A stretch of DNA of 64,000 nt from Spirochaetia bacterium (GTDB lineage Bacteria > Spirochaetota > Spirochaetia > UBA9216), in contig OY776510.1 in NCBI GenBank assembly GCA_963675665.1, positions 3,360,001-3,424,000 on the forward strand, given 5' to 3'. The notes beneath the pieces are model-generated. The model saw only the letters and a list, made by a program, of their open reading frames with translations, made no database searches and had not been told where the DNA came from. The position numbers were made by a program, and so were the translations under genes. Of this stretch, positions 47,598 through 59,865 are shown one piece after another. Positions within the stretch are counted from its first letter, which is position 1. Each line of letters opens with the position of its first letter.

Positions 47598-50500
47598 TTG
47601 AAAAAGACCATAACGGCTATAGTTTTTTTAATGCTCGCAACGATATTATTTGCTGAAGCTGCAAAAAACAGTTCCCTGTTTATGGATACAATTACAGCTG
47701 ATATTGAAACTTCTGATTACTATGAGCTGACAACCTGGTGCAACAGGCTTGGACTGAATAACAGCGGCTCTGCTGATGAACTTAGAAAAAGGCTTTTAAA
47801 GCATTATAAAAAAGAATCAGATGTGGTTGAAACCGAAACCCGGATGCAGCACATTACTATTGAATCTGCAGATAACCTTGATTACTTTAAAATAGAAAAA
47901 GTTGATGAAAACTATGTCAGAATAACCGGTAATGTAATCATAACAATTGATAAAACCAGGGGTTCGGATGGAGGAGAACAGCATAAAATTAAAGCTGATT
48001 CAGTACTGTTCAATTTTAAGGAAAATTATCTTACTGCGGAAGGAAATATAGAATATGTTCTTGAAGGCGAAACAAAAACAGAAAACTTCAGAGGCGACAA
48101 AATCACCTTCAACATTGACACCGAAGAAGGGCTGTTTGATAAAGGTATTACCGAGCAGGAACAGGAAATTGATGAAAATGAAATAACCTTTTATTTTAAA
48201 GGTGATCAAATTAATAAAACAAAAGAAAATTATGTTCTTCTGGAAAATGGTGAGATAACCTCATGTGATTTTGATGATCCGCATTATAAAATCAAAGCTA
48301 AAAAGCTGTGGCTTTTGGCCAGTAATGAATGGGCTGTATTAAACGGTCTCGTATATATCGGAAGAGTTCCGATCTTTTATATTCCCGCATTTCTTTATGC
48401 CGGAGATGATATATTTATTAATCCGTCGTTTGGCTACAGAAATGATTCCGGATACTATATGCATACTACAACTTATTTTATTGGTGAAAAAAAAGAAGAT
48501 GAGGATTCTGCATTTTCATTCATGCAAAGTGAAACTGAAAACAAGTATTACAAACGTGAAGGGCTGTTTTTGACGGAAGACAAAAATCCGACAGCTTCTT
48601 CAAAAGCCTTGCAGGATTATGGAGGGACTGAATCAAATTATATAAAGCTGATACTTGACTATTATACAACACTTGGGTTTTATTCAGCTCTGGATCTTAA
48701 GCTTGGCGTACCCCCCGGGGATATGAAAATCGGAAGTATAGCCGAATCGATCTTTTCTTTTTTATCGGTTATAGAGAATGCAGATTTGTTTATCTCCATA
48801 GCAAGAACAAGAAAGGTCAAGCAAACAGAAACAAGTTATACTTATCTGTTTCCGGATGAAAAAGGGAAATACAGCAGTATCTGGGAAAAGTCTTATTTAT
48901 TTGATTTTCCGATTCCGTTCAGGTATGGACTGGATTTTGACTCGGGTATTGATGTTTCATGGCTGAAAATAGACTTTACTGTTGATTTATGGTCGGACAG
49001 GGATTATAAAATAGATTTTTCGGAAAGGAGTGAAAACCTCGATCTGCTTTCTCTGCTTAGCCTTGATACTGAATCTGAAGAAACAACCGCATCGGAGGTA
49101 ACAACGGGAAATGTAAATTTCTCAGCCGAGTTTTCGCCAGATATAAAAATATTGAATCCGTGGATTACAAGTCTGAATGTAAAGACAGAATCGTATTATA
49201 ATCTGTTATCAAAAGAAATTGATAATTCCAATGGTGATTTTAATGAATTTGTTGATTACTTTTTTTATCCGGACAGCAGAATGATGCCTGATATTTCAGG
49301 AAAAATAGGGGGAACTCTTCTGCCTTTAAATTTAAAAACGGATAATGAAAAATCCGGCGCAGAGAAACAAAGCAGTGATAAAAAGATTGTATTGAAATCC
49401 CCACTTGAGAACCGGGAAGAACAATATGAAAATAATAACGAAGAAGAAAATATTCATGCGGCAATGGCTGATATTAATATAATTACAGAAGATTTCTGGC
49501 AGGCATCAGATGTTTTTTCAAACAAGATGACATACAGCGTTTCTCCGGATTTTTCAGATAAAAATCAACTGAATAATGATGAATGGGAAGATCCTCTTGA
49601 TATTGATATGCAGGATATTGAATATTCATTTCAAACTGCAACAGTAAACGGCGCATTGGACTATTCTGCAAATATTTTTGAAAATCTGATAAGTCTGAAA
49701 AACAATGTCAAAATAAATTGGGGTTATAACAAGCATTACAATATGGATGAACTTGAAGAGGAAACAATAAGCCAATATTTACTTGAAGATAAACAATCAA
49801 CAGAAATGAAAATGCTTAATAATCTTCAGCTGAGCACCTGTCCTCTGGCCTATAATGAAGTTCTGGAAAATTTCAAATTTACTTATAATTTTAACAGCAT
49901 CATATATGAATATGATTACAACCCGGAATCAGAAGTTTTTGCCGGTACTTTTATAGAATTCAGCGATGATTATATTACAAGTCATAAGCTGGGCGTAATA
50001 ATGCCTCTGGAATTCGGGGATTTTAGTCAGAGTCTTACTTTGAATACAACATTGCCTCCGCTTAATTTTACTGCAGACGGGTCACTGAAAATTGACTATA
50101 AAATCAGTTCATCTGAATTTAATACTTCAATGACACAGGATGAAGAGACCTGGACATACGAGCCTTTAACATTTAATGAAAAACTAACTTTTAATGATAA
50201 CCTGTGGCTTTCAAACAGTATCAGCTATAATTATTCAGACAGTTATTTTGAACAGAATATTCTCTCAGGTGAAGTTACGTTTCTTGACGGAAAAATCTCG
50301 GCTGAATCACAGATGATTTATGATGTTGAAAATGAGAAATTCTCAAAATTTAAATCCCAGTTGAATATTTTTGATCTTTTAATAAGTTATACGGCAGAAG
50401 ATACATACGATTATTTTTTTGATTCTGAAACAGGATGGGAACAGGCTGAGCAGAAAAGTTTTATTCCGTCGCTGTTTACAACCCGCTTGAATATTTCGCC

Positions 50501-51002
50501 TGAACCGATGCTCTTCTGGAAAAACAGAAACAACCTTGAATACACAGTTGATACAAATCTCAATATGAACCTGATACGTTTTACAGATTCAAGTTTGACA
50601 TTTTCATTATCCTTTAATTTCAGCATATTCGAATTTCTGACGCTGGATTTCAGCTCAACAAGTGAAAATAGCGCTGTTTTCAGGTACTTTCCGTCATACT
50701 GCAGCGAGGTCGGCGTTAACAACCTTAGTTTTTTTGGAGATTTAATAAAATCTTTTAATTTTTTTAAAATTGACGACAGATACGAATCAAATTTCAATTT
50801 AAAAACAATCAGTATAGGTTTTACGCATGATTTACATGACTGGGATTTGAAGGTTGAATATTCCGGATCTCCGTTCGTAAATGATGAAGAGGATTATCCG
50901 TTTTACGACTGGGAAAGCAAACTTAATATATATCTGGCCTGGAAAGCAATTCCGGATATAAAAACTGATATGAAAATAGATAATGAAGATATCAGTTTTT
51001 AA
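47598..51002 (+). CDS. LptD-like outer-membrane assembly protein
   Basis: Signal peptide; TSCD.DDPHY.I.A and YIGRVPIFYIP LptD motifs; beta-strand-rich C-terminus with HDLHDW; terminal F. Confidence 0.75.
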   Translation: MKKTITAIVFLMLATILFAEAAKNSSLFMDTITADIETSDYYELTTWCNRLGLNNSGSADELRKRLLKHYKKESDVVETETRMQHITIESADNLDYFKIEKVDENYVRITGNVIITIDKTRGSDGGEQHKIKADSVLFNFKENYLTAEGNIEYVLEGETKTENFRGDKITFNIDTEEGLFDKGITEQEQEIDENEITFYFKGDQINKTKENYVLLENGEITSCDFDDPHYKIKAKKLWLLASNEWAVLNGLVYIGRVPIFYIPAFLYAGDDIFINPSFGYRNDSGYYMHTTTYFIGEKKEDEDSAFSFMQSETENKYYKREGLFLTEDKNPTASSKALQDYGGTESNYIKLILDYYTTLGFYSALDLKLGVPPGDMKIGSIAESIFSFLSVIENADLFISIARTRKVKQTETSYTYLFPDEKGKYSSIWEKSYLFDFPIPFRYGLDFDSGIDVSWLKIDFTVDLWSDRDYKIDFSERSENLDLLSLLSLDTESEETTASEVTTGNVNFSAEFSPDIKILNPWITSLNVKTESYYNLLSKEIDNSNGDFNEFVDYFFYPDSRMMPDISGKIGGTLLPLNLKTDNEKSGAEKQSSDKKIVLKSPLENREEQYENNNEEENIHAAMADINIITEDFWQASDVFSNKMTYSVSPDFSDKNQLNNDEWEDPLDIDMQDIEYSFQTATVNGALDYSANIFENLISLKNNVKINWGYNKHYNMDELEEETISQYLLEDKQSTEMKMLNNLQLSTCPLAYNEVLENFKFTYNFNSIIYEYDYNPESEVFAGTFIEFSDDYITSHKLGVIMPLEFGDFSQSLTLNTTLPPLNFTADGSLKIDYKISSSEFNTSMTQDEETWTYEPLTFNEKLTFNDNLWLSNSISYNYSDSYFEQNILSGEVTFLDGKISAESQMIYDVENEKFSKFKSQLNIFDLLISYTAEDTYDYFFDSETGWEQAEQKSFIPSLFTTRLNISPEPMLFWKNRNNLEYTVDTNLNMNLIRFTDSSLTFSLSFNFSIFEFLTLDFSSTSENSAVFRYFPSYCSEVGVNNLSFFGDLIKSFNFFKIDDRYESNFNLKTISIGFTHDLHDWDLKVEYSGSPFVNDEEDYPFYDWESKLNIYLAWKAIPDIKTDMKIDNEDISF

Positions 51003-51050
51003 CTTGACTCAGGTGTCACTGATTAGCTACACTGATGCCAAGGAGAAGTT

Positions 51051-52007
51051 TTGAGCAATAGTCTTACGATTGTTCTTGAAGATCATAATAAACTCACCGA
51101 AATGTGCGGTGTAAATGATGAGAATTTAAAGACAATTGAGAAACTGATCGGCACGCATGTGTATTCAAGAGGAAACGAAATACATCTCGAGTCTGATGAG
51201 AAAACAACGCAGGCTTTTTTCAGGGAAATTATAGATAAAATGCAGATTTACCAGGATGAAGGCAGGCTTATAGATCCGCCGCTGATAAACGCTGTGGCGG
51301 AGTCGCTGAAGAACGACAGGGATGAAGAAAAAGCTCTTTTTGAAAAAAAGTCAATAATTTTACCCGGCGGAACAAGGGTATATCCAAGATCTTCCAGACA
51401 GGCTTCATATATTGAAGCTATAGAAAATCAGGAAATTGTTTTTGGTGTAGGTCCGGCAGGCACCGGGAAAACTTACCTGGCGGTTGCCACAGCATTACGA
51501 GAAGTTCTCGGGAAAAATAAAAGAAAACTTATAATTACCAGGCCTGTTGTTGAAGCTGGAGAAAGTCTGGGTTTTCTCCCGGGAGATTTGGCACAGAAAC
51601 TGAATCCCTATCTTAAACCAATATATGATGCTATGGACAGTTTTCTTTCATATGAAGCAATATCGAAAATGGAAGAGAGCAGATTGATTGAAATAGCTCC
51701 GCTTGCATATATGAGAGGGCGCAGCCTTACAAACAGTTTTATTATCCTTGATGAAGCTCAGAATACAACTAAAGCACAGATGAAAATGTTTCTTACAAGA
51801 ATAGGAGAAGGATCGCAGGCAGTTATTACCGGCGATATTACACAGATTGATTTGCCTTCAAATTCAAAATCAGGGTTGATTCATGCAGTTGAAATCCTGA
51901 AGGGTATTGAAGGTCTGTCATTTACTTTTTTTGATACACGAGATGTTGTCAGAAAAAAAATTGTAAAACAAATTATACAGGCTTATGAAAGAAACAGCAA
52001 AAAATAA
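51051..52007 (+). CDS. phoH: PhoH/YbeZ-family ATPase
   Basis: GPAGTGKT, TRPVVEAGESLGFLPG, YMRGR and ILDEAQN motifs. Confidence 0.95.
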   Translation: MSNSLTIVLEDHNKLTEMCGVNDENLKTIEKLIGTHVYSRGNEIHLESDEKTTQAFFREIIDKMQIYQDEGRLIDPPLINAVAESLKNDRDEEKALFEKKSIILPGGTRVYPRSSRQASYIEAIENQEIVFGVGPAGTGKTYLAVATALREVLGKNKRKLIITRPVVEAGESLGFLPGDLAQKLNPYLKPIYDAMDSFLSYEAISKMEESRLIEIAPLAYMRGRSLTNSFIILDEAQNTTKAQMKMFLTRIGEGSQAVITGDITQIDLPSNSKSGLIHAVEILKGIEGLSFTFFDTRDVVRKKIVKQIIQAYERNSKK

Positions 52008-54213
52008 AAGCAAAAAACCGGTGTTCAAGAAAATCCTGAAGTTTTTCATGGAAGACAGGTTGTTCAGTCTGGCTATTTTACTAACATTTTTAATCTTTTA
52101 TGCAGCGTTAATATTTATTTCCGGAAGCGGATTATTTACATCAGGCGTCAGAATATCTGATTATGAAGTAGGAAAAGTAGCTGAAAAAGATATAGTCGTC
52201 GATCGCGATATTGAGTATGAAGATAAAAAAGCAACTGAATTGAAACGTGAAGCACAGGAACTTCTGGTGCCCCCTGTCTTTACTGTTGCTGAAAATATCA
52301 GCGAACGGGTACTGTCTTCATATGACCAGTTTATGAATTTATATATCAAGCTGCTGAACGACAGTAAGTCATCTTCAGAGATTTATCTTGAAATCCAGTC
52401 GGTTCTGCCAGGGTATATACCGGAAAAGGAAGTAGAGCAGCTTCTGACAGTGATTGATCCTACGGATCTTCTTTATGATACAAGAGAAATTGTAATAAAT
52501 ATTATGCAGTCAGGTGTTGTCAGCCTGCCGGAGAACCTGAAAATAAAAGGCGACTCAATTGAAATTCTTAAATGGAGCAACGGTGAAAAAGTAACAGAAG
52601 AAATTTCACTTGAAAAAGTAATTACCCTTGGTAATGTTAATGAGCGTCTTGAGAATTTCTACGATTCAGAGGAGTCAACTGAATCAGCAAATGATTTTAT
52701 AAAAATTATCCTTAATGACTTTATCGAAGAGAATGCTTTTTATGATTCGAAACTGACTGATGAAAACAAGCTCAGAGCGAGAGAACAGGTTGATCCTGTA
52801 ATAAAAAAGCTTGTAAAAGATGAAGTAATAGTAAAACGCGGTTTCATTATTACGGAAGAAAATATGATAAAGGTTGAAGCTCTGGGAAATTACTCCGACA
52901 GCCTGAGCTTTACAATCTTTATTGGAAAACTTTTTCTGCTTATTTTTCTATTTATTATAACATTCAAGCTTTTTTCTCCTCCGGTACTTCTTAAAACACC
53001 GGCAAAGAGCAGGATGTATCTTATTTTGGCATTATTTACCATTTATATAATAAGTGTTTCTCTGGTAACAAGATATTTAACTGATGCAGAGGGACGTCCG
53101 GCGGCAGTATTTATACCTGTTGCACTGTTTACAATGCTTATTTCTATTCTGGTTAATACACGAACCGGAATTTTAAGTGCGGTGATATTAAGTTTTTCAT
53201 TATTTCTGCTTCCTGGCGAACAAGTTGAAAATTTTATTTTTACTTTTATATCAGGGATTTTCGGAAGCATAATCGTGTATAAAGCAGAACATAGAATAAC
53301 ATTAATCAAGGCAGGCTTGATAATATCTGTTGTAAATGCATTGGTAGTAATTACTCTTGGATTAATAAATAATTTCGAAATAACATACTATCCTAATGTA
53401 ATTTTGATATCGATTATTAACGGTTTTATGTGCGGAATATTTACGCTTGGGTTGCTTCCCATTCTTGAGCATATTCTTAATGCGCCTACACCGTTCAGGC
53501 TTATGGAGCTGTCCGATCTGAATACGCCGCTTTTCAAAAGGATGCTTATTCTTGCGCCGGGAACTTACAGCCATAGTGTAAGTGTGGCTAATCTGGCTGA
53601 AACCGCAGCCAAGGAAATAGGCGCAAATGCGCTTCTTGCAAGGGTTGGTGCTTATTATCATGATATCGGAAAAATAGACCAGGCGGAGTATTTTATTGAA
53701 AACCAGAAAGATGGAAATAAGCATGATGAACTTAAGGCAACATTGTCGACTGCAGTAATCAAAAGCCATGTGAAGATTGGATATGAAAAAGCGAAGGAAC
53801 TGGGGTTGCCTGATGAGGTTATGGAAATAATCTCTCAACATCACGGAAGCGGAAAGATAAGCTATTTTTATATGAAAGCGCTGAAAGAACATAAAACTGA
53901 ACAGAAACTTTCTCCGGAAGATTTTTCATATAACGGAACGCCGCCTGTAAGCAGGGAAGCAGCGGTTGTAATGCTGGCGGATACAGTCGAAGCTGCTACA
54001 AGAACACTTAAAAATCCGACAATGGCTAAACTCGACCGGTTTGCATGGGAATTAATAATGGAAAAAGTTTCTTCGGGACAGATGAAAAACTCGGGTTTGA
54101 CTTTTAATGATCTTGAAACAATCAAGAAGAGTTTTGTTCAGATAATCGGCGGAAGCTTTCACACAAGAATTGAATATCCCAACCAGAACGGTAAAAAAGA
54201 AAAAGATGAATAA
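51985..54213 (+). CDS. 7TM-HD family phosphohydrolase (PgpH-like)
   Basis: Extracytoplasmic domain, 7 TM segments, APGTYSHS, YYHDIGK, QHHG, MLAD.VEA. Confidence 0.88.
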   Translation: MKETAKNKSKKPVFKKILKFFMEDRLFSLAILLTFLIFYAALIFISGSGLFTSGVRISDYEVGKVAEKDIVVDRDIEYEDKKATELKREAQELLVPPVFTVAENISERVLSSYDQFMNLYIKLLNDSKSSSEIYLEIQSVLPGYIPEKEVEQLLTVIDPTDLLYDTREIVINIMQSGVVSLPENLKIKGDSIEILKWSNGEKVTEEISLEKVITLGNVNERLENFYDSEESTESANDFIKIILNDFIEENAFYDSKLTDENKLRAREQVDPVIKKLVKDEVIVKRGFIITEENMIKVEALGNYSDSLSFTIFIGKLFLLIFLFIITFKLFSPPVLLKTPAKSRMYLILALFTIYIISVSLVTRYLTDAEGRPAAVFIPVALFTMLISILVNTRTGILSAVILSFSLFLLPGEQVENFIFTFISGIFGSIIVYKAEHRITLIKAGLIISVVNALVVITLGLINNFEITYYPNVILISIINGFMCGIFTLGLLPILEHILNAPTPFRLMELSDLNTPLFKRMLILAPGTYSHSVSVANLAETAAKEIGANALLARVGAYYHDIGKIDQAEYFIENQKDGNKHDELKATLSTAVIKSHVKIGYEKAKELGLPDEVMEIISQHHGSGKISYFYMKALKEHKTEQKLSPEDFSYNGTPPVSREAAVVMLADTVEAATRTLKNPTMAKLDRFAWELIMEKVSSGQMKNSGLTFNDLETIKKSFVQIIGGSFHTRIEYPNQNGKKEKDE

Positions 54214-54667
54214 AATTGATTTAATTGATCGTGATTCCGGTTTAGAATACAATACAGAAACAGTTGAATTATTCTGTAATGCAGTTCTGAGGCATCTTGA
54301 AATTGACGGTTGGGAACTTTCATTGATGATATGTGATGATGAGTTTATAGCGGAACTGAACAGCAAATACAGGCAAAAGGAAGGACCGACGGATATTTTA
54401 ACATTTTGCAACGCAGATACTGAACCGGGATGGGCCTTGAATAATGATGAAACGGCTTTTTATGCCGGAGATATGGTTATCTCAAGTGAAATGCTGAAAA
54501 GAAATTCGGAATATTTTAAGGTTGATGTTGAAGAAGAATTGAAAAGACTGATTATACACGGGATACTGCATTTAAACGGTATGGAACATAGAACCAATAA
54601 TGCCGATGAGGAGATGCTGGTCCTTCAGGAGAGAATTCTAAAAGATTTTGGAGATTTTAAATTTTGA
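54206..54667 (+). CDS. ybeY: rRNA maturation endoribonuclease YbeY
   Basis: LNSKYR..EGPTDILTF and HGILHLNGMEH motifs; ATG at 54206. Confidence 0.92.
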   Translation: MNKIDLIDRDSGLEYNTETVELFCNAVLRHLEIDGWELSLMICDDEFIAELNSKYRQKEGPTDILTFCNADTEPGWALNNDETAFYAGDMVISSEMLKRNSEYFKVDVEEELKRLIIHGILHLNGMEHRTNNADEEMLVLQERILKDFGDFKF

Positions 54668-55449
54668 AAAAGAAGGGATTTTGGGAAAGACTAATAAAGA
54701 AAGAAGATGAGGATGACGACACATTTCAACATTTGAATTCAATTGAAAAGGACATGATAAAAGGGGTTGTTGAACTGTCCGATACGACTGTGAAGGAAGT
54801 AATGGTTCCCAGAATCGATGTTGTTTTCGTTTCACTTGATACAAATGTTCAGGAAGCAGTGCAAACTCTTATTGAGTGCGGGCATTCCCGGGTTCCTGTA
54901 TACAATGAAACCATCGATAATGTTGCAGGCGTTTTATATGCAAAAGATCTTCTGAAACTGTTTTTAACCGAAGATAAAGAAAACCAGAAGGTTAAACTTG
55001 AAAATGTTATTCGAAAGCCGTTTTTTGTGCCTGAAAGTAAAAAGCTTGACTCGCTGCTTATAGAGTTTAAACGTAAAAAAGTCCATATTGCCGTAGCAGT
55101 AGATGAATACGGCGGAGTTTCGGGTATCGTATGTATGGAAGATATTATCGAGGAAATTGTAGGCGAAATTCAGGATGAATTTGATAATGAAGATGAAGAA
55201 ATTCTGAAAATAGGCGATGGTGTTTACCTGTGTGATGCAAGAGTGAATATCGAAGATCTTAATCAGGAAATAAATACCGAAATTCCGGCTGAAGAGTTTG
55301 ATACATTAGGCGGGTGGGTTTTTGATTTATTTGGAAAAATACCAGTTAAATTTGAAAAAGTATCTGCTGAAGATATGGATTTTATTATTCAGGAAGTTGA
55401 CGGGCATAAAATAAATAAAATTAAGATAATTAAAAAGGCTGCCCAGTGA
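54664..55449 (+). CDS. CBS/CorC-domain protein (YbeX/hemolysin C family)
   Basis: VKEVMVPR, GHSRVPVY, VDEYGG, EDIIEEIVGEI.DE and DTLGG motifs. Confidence 0.9.
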   Translation: MKKKGFWERLIKKEDEDDDTFQHLNSIEKDMIKGVVELSDTTVKEVMVPRIDVVFVSLDTNVQEAVQTLIECGHSRVPVYNETIDNVAGVLYAKDLLKLFLTEDKENQKVKLENVIRKPFFVPESKKLDSLLIEFKRKKVHIAVAVDEYGGVSGIVCMEDIIEEIVGEIQDEFDNEDEEILKIGDGVYLCDARVNIEDLNQEINTEIPAEEFDTLGGWVFDLFGKIPVKFEKVSAEDMDFIIQEVDGHKINKIKIIKKAAQ

Positions 55450-57425
55450 GAAGAATTATCATAATTTTAATAATAATTACAATATTTAATATAAACATAT
55501 CAGCTGATGAGCATGACGCGGTTGATTATTATGCACTGGGAAAAAACGCGGAAACCGAAGGGGATTTTTTTAAAGCTGTAGAAATGTATAAGTCCGCACT
55601 AATCATGAACGAAAAATACTTCGATGCAGTTTGCGGACTTGCACATGCGTATTACGGACTTGATGAATTCGACGAATCTTTAAAATATGCTCTGGAAGCT
55701 GAAAAGCTCGACTCCGGGAATACGGACTTGATGAATCTTAAAGGCAGAATATTTTTGAATCTGGGAGAGTTTGAAACCGCAAGAGGGATTTTCAGTTCAG
55801 TATTACAGATTGAGGAAAACAATATCAATGCTGAATTCGGCCTGGCTGAACTTGATATTGCTTCCGGGCGCATTTCAACAGCTGAAAACAGGTTCAGACA
55901 AGTACTGCTTGTATCTCCGGAAAGCAGAAAGGCTCTTCTGGCTTTAGTTATGATTAACGACAATAATGGAAATATGCAGGCAGCGGAAGAGTATCTTAAA
56001 CAGGCGCTGCAGTATTATTCTGATAATGCATTTGTAAGATATACAGCTGCCGAACATTTTTTTAAATCCGGAAATACTGAAGAAGCACTGTATCACTTAA
56101 AAACAGCTTTGTTTTTGCAGCCTGATTTTCTTGATGCTTCAATATTGAGCGCAGAAATAAACATGGAAAAATCCAATTACAACGAATCAGTATTGGAAAT
56201 AGAAAAAGTTATCGGTAATTATGAAAACGAACCTCTGTTGTGGTATATACTCGGCCGTTCCTACGAGAATTTAAAAAACACTGATAAAGCAGTAATGAGT
56301 TATGCAAGAAATATAGTTATCAGACCTGATGACGATCTGACGCGTATAGCGCTTGAAAATGAAATAATTGAAAATACAGAGCTGGATAATCCACTGCGTG
56401 AAAGATACTCGGATTACCATATAGATCTTGGCAGAAAATACGAAGCAAGAAACATGCTTGAGAAAGCCCTGAATGAATACAGAAGATCACTGGTTATTAA
56501 TCCATATTCAATAGATGCAAGGCTGCTTTATGCTGATATTTTTAAACGAAAGGGTTATATCGAACGGTATCTGCTTATTTTATCAGCACTTGTTGAAGAG
56601 GGGTTTGGAAATCTGAATATTCTTGATGAAATAGAAATCCAGAAAAGTATGCAGGACAGTACAGTATCAGAAAAATGGAATATTAATCAGTTTTCAATAG
56701 AAAAAGAAAAAAATCACATTTCAATTTTCTTTTCAGACTATGGAATGAGCCATAATGAAGGAGAAGCCATAATCAGTAAATATGTGGAATACCTGCTTCT
56801 CGGATATGAGAATATATATGTTGATTCCAATCAAATAAATGACAATTTTGCTGAATGCTTCAGAATCTCCAGGGAAAATGAGTCGGATTATTTTATAATA
56901 TTCAAATGTACCGAGAATGAAAGAGCCGTATCCCTTACTGCCGAGATTTATCTTGCATCAACAGGAAGCAAACTGAAAACTGTACGGATTGTAAGAACCG
57001 GAAATCAGATGATCCCCGAAGCGGGAAGAGCTGTTGTAAATGAAGTACATAGCATGCTTCCGGTTTATGGAAGGATAATCAACAGGAAATTTGATCAGAT
57101 AATTGTAAATTTGGGAAAGAAAGACGGACTGGCTGAGGGTTCCGAATTACTGATAATAAAGAAGGGTGAACTGAGAAAGTCGCAAGACAGTTTTAATCTT
57201 GAATATGACAAAAGCGCAGTAATAGGAAAATACAATGTCGACCAGGCGGATGAACTTGTTTCGGAAGGCGGAATAACACTAAGTATATTTTTTGATATGA
57301 TAAATCCGGGAGACTTTGCCTTTATGCCGCCGGAAACGGATGACGCTGAAATAACGACTGAAGAAGAGACTGAACAAATGTTCTATATAGGAAACCTCTT
57401 TAATTCAGTTGCCAATATACCATAA
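55446..57425 (+). CDS. Exported TPR-repeat protein
   Basis: Signal peptide; multiple TPR motifs; C-terminal NLGKKDGL beta-domain motif. Confidence 0.8.
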   Translation: MRRIIIILIIITIFNINISADEHDAVDYYALGKNAETEGDFFKAVEMYKSALIMNEKYFDAVCGLAHAYYGLDEFDESLKYALEAEKLDSGNTDLMNLKGRIFLNLGEFETARGIFSSVLQIEENNINAEFGLAELDIASGRISTAENRFRQVLLVSPESRKALLALVMINDNNGNMQAAEEYLKQALQYYSDNAFVRYTAAEHFFKSGNTEEALYHLKTALFLQPDFLDASILSAEINMEKSNYNESVLEIEKVIGNYENEPLLWYILGRSYENLKNTDKAVMSYARNIVIRPDDDLTRIALENEIIENTELDNPLRERYSDYHIDLGRKYEARNMLEKALNEYRRSLVINPYSIDARLLYADIFKRKGYIERYLLILSALVEEGFGNLNILDEIEIQKSMQDSTVSEKWNINQFSIEKEKNHISIFFSDYGMSHNEGEAIISKYVEYLLLGYENIYVDSNQINDNFAECFRISRENESDYFIIFKCTENERAVSLTAEIYLASTGSKLKTVRIVRTGNQMIPEAGRAVVNEVHSMLPVYGRIINRKFDQIIVNLGKKDGLAEGSELLIIKKGELRKSQDSFNLEYDKSAVIGKYNVDQADELVSEGGITLSIFFDMINPGDFAFMPPETDDAEITTEEETEQMFYIGNLFNSVANIP

Positions 57426-57518
57426 AATATTACTACATAATGAATTGAATGTATTACATCTGTTAAAAAGCACCGTGAGCGGCAAAAAATGGCTAATTTT
57501 ATAATTCAGACATAATAA

Positions 57519-58586
<1,068 letters not shown>

Positions 58587-58669
58587 TAACAGAGAGGAAT
58601 GATTTTATCATTCCTCAGATAAAATTTACGCAGAAAACGATTTTCTGAGTAAATTTATAGGAGTCATGC

Positions 58670-59851
58670 ATGGGTCTTAAAACTGTAAAAGATATCGACC
58701 TGAAAAACAAACGCGTTCTTATCAGAGTGGATTTTAATGTTCCTCTGAAAGACGGAAAAATTACTGATGATACAAGAATACAGGCGGCGCTTCCGACTAT
58801 CAAGTATATTCTTGAGCAGGAAGGTGCAAGTCTGATTGTTATGAGCCATTGCGGAAGACCGAAGGGTGAAAAGAATCCCGAGTTCAGTCTGAAACCGGCC
58901 GCCAACAGGCTTGCCGAATTGATAGACAGCGAAGTAATAATGGCTTCGGATGTTATTGGTCCGGATGTTGAAAAAGAATCTGCAGATCTTAAACCCGGAC
59001 AGGTACTTGTTCTGGAAAATACCCGGTTTTACAACGAAGAAACAGAAAACGACATGGGTTTTGCCGAGAAAATCGCAAAGCTTGGTGATGTATTTATAAA
59101 CGACGCATTCGGTACTGCACACAGGGCTCACGCTTCAACTGAAGGAGTTAGTCATTTTCTGCCGTCTGCAGCAGGTTTTCTTATTGAAAAGGAATGCCTT
59201 TTTTTTGACGGTATTCTTGATAATCCCAAAAAGCCGTTTGTCGCAATAATCGGCGGAGCCAAGGTCTCTTCAAAAATCGGTGTTTTGGAATCGCTTCTTG
59301 AACGGGCCGATACTTTGATAATCGGCGGCGGCATGGCATACACTTTTTTGTTTGCTCAGGGCCACAGTATAGGGAAATCATTATTTGAAGAAGATTATCT
59401 CGATACTGCAAAAAATCTGCTTTCGAAAGCCGCCATGAAAGGTGTTGAAATTATTCTGCCGGAAGATCATATAGCTGCAAAAGAATTTAACGAAAATGCG
59501 GAAGCTGTAAAAATCGACGGACTTGATATACCTGATGACATGTTAGGCATGGATATAGGCGAAAAAACTCTTGATAAAGTCAAAGATAGAATTCTTTCTG
59601 CAGCATCCGTTATCTGGAACGGCCCGATGGGAGTATTTGAATTTGAGGCCTTCTCGGCCGGTACGCTCAAGGTCGCTGAGTGGGTAGCTGAATGCAAAGG
59701 TGTTACGGTTGTAGGCGGAGGAGACTCTGTTGCAGCTGTAAATAAATTCGGTTTGGCAGACAGAATTGATCATGTTTCAACCGGTGGCGGAGCCTCGCTG
59801 GAGTTCCTTGAAGGCAAGGTTCTTCCCGGAATTGAAGCTTTAAGAAATTAA
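58670..59851 (+). CDS. pgk: Phosphoglycerate kinase
   Basis: [29 protein letters not shown] and STGGGASLE motifs. Confidence 0.98.
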   Translation: MGLKTVKDIDLKNKRVLIRVDFNVPLKDGKITDDTRIQAALPTIKYILEQEGASLIVMSHCGRPKGEKNPEFSLKPAANRLAELIDSEVIMASDVIGPDVEKESADLKPGQVLVLENTRFYNEETENDMGFAEKIAKLGDVFINDAFGTAHRAHASTEGVSHFLPSAAGFLIEKECLFFDGILDNPKKPFVAIIGGAKVSSKIGVLESLLERADTLIIGGGMAYTFLFAQGHSIGKSLFEEDYLDTAKNLLSKAAMKGVEIILPEDHIAAKEFNENAEAVKIDGLDIPDDMLGMDIGEKTLDKVKDRILSAASVIWNGPMGVFEFEAFSAGTLKVAEWVAECKGVTVVGGGDSVAAVNKFGLADRIDHVSTGGGASLEFLEGKVLPGIEALRN

Positions 59852-59865
59852 GATAAGGATAAATT

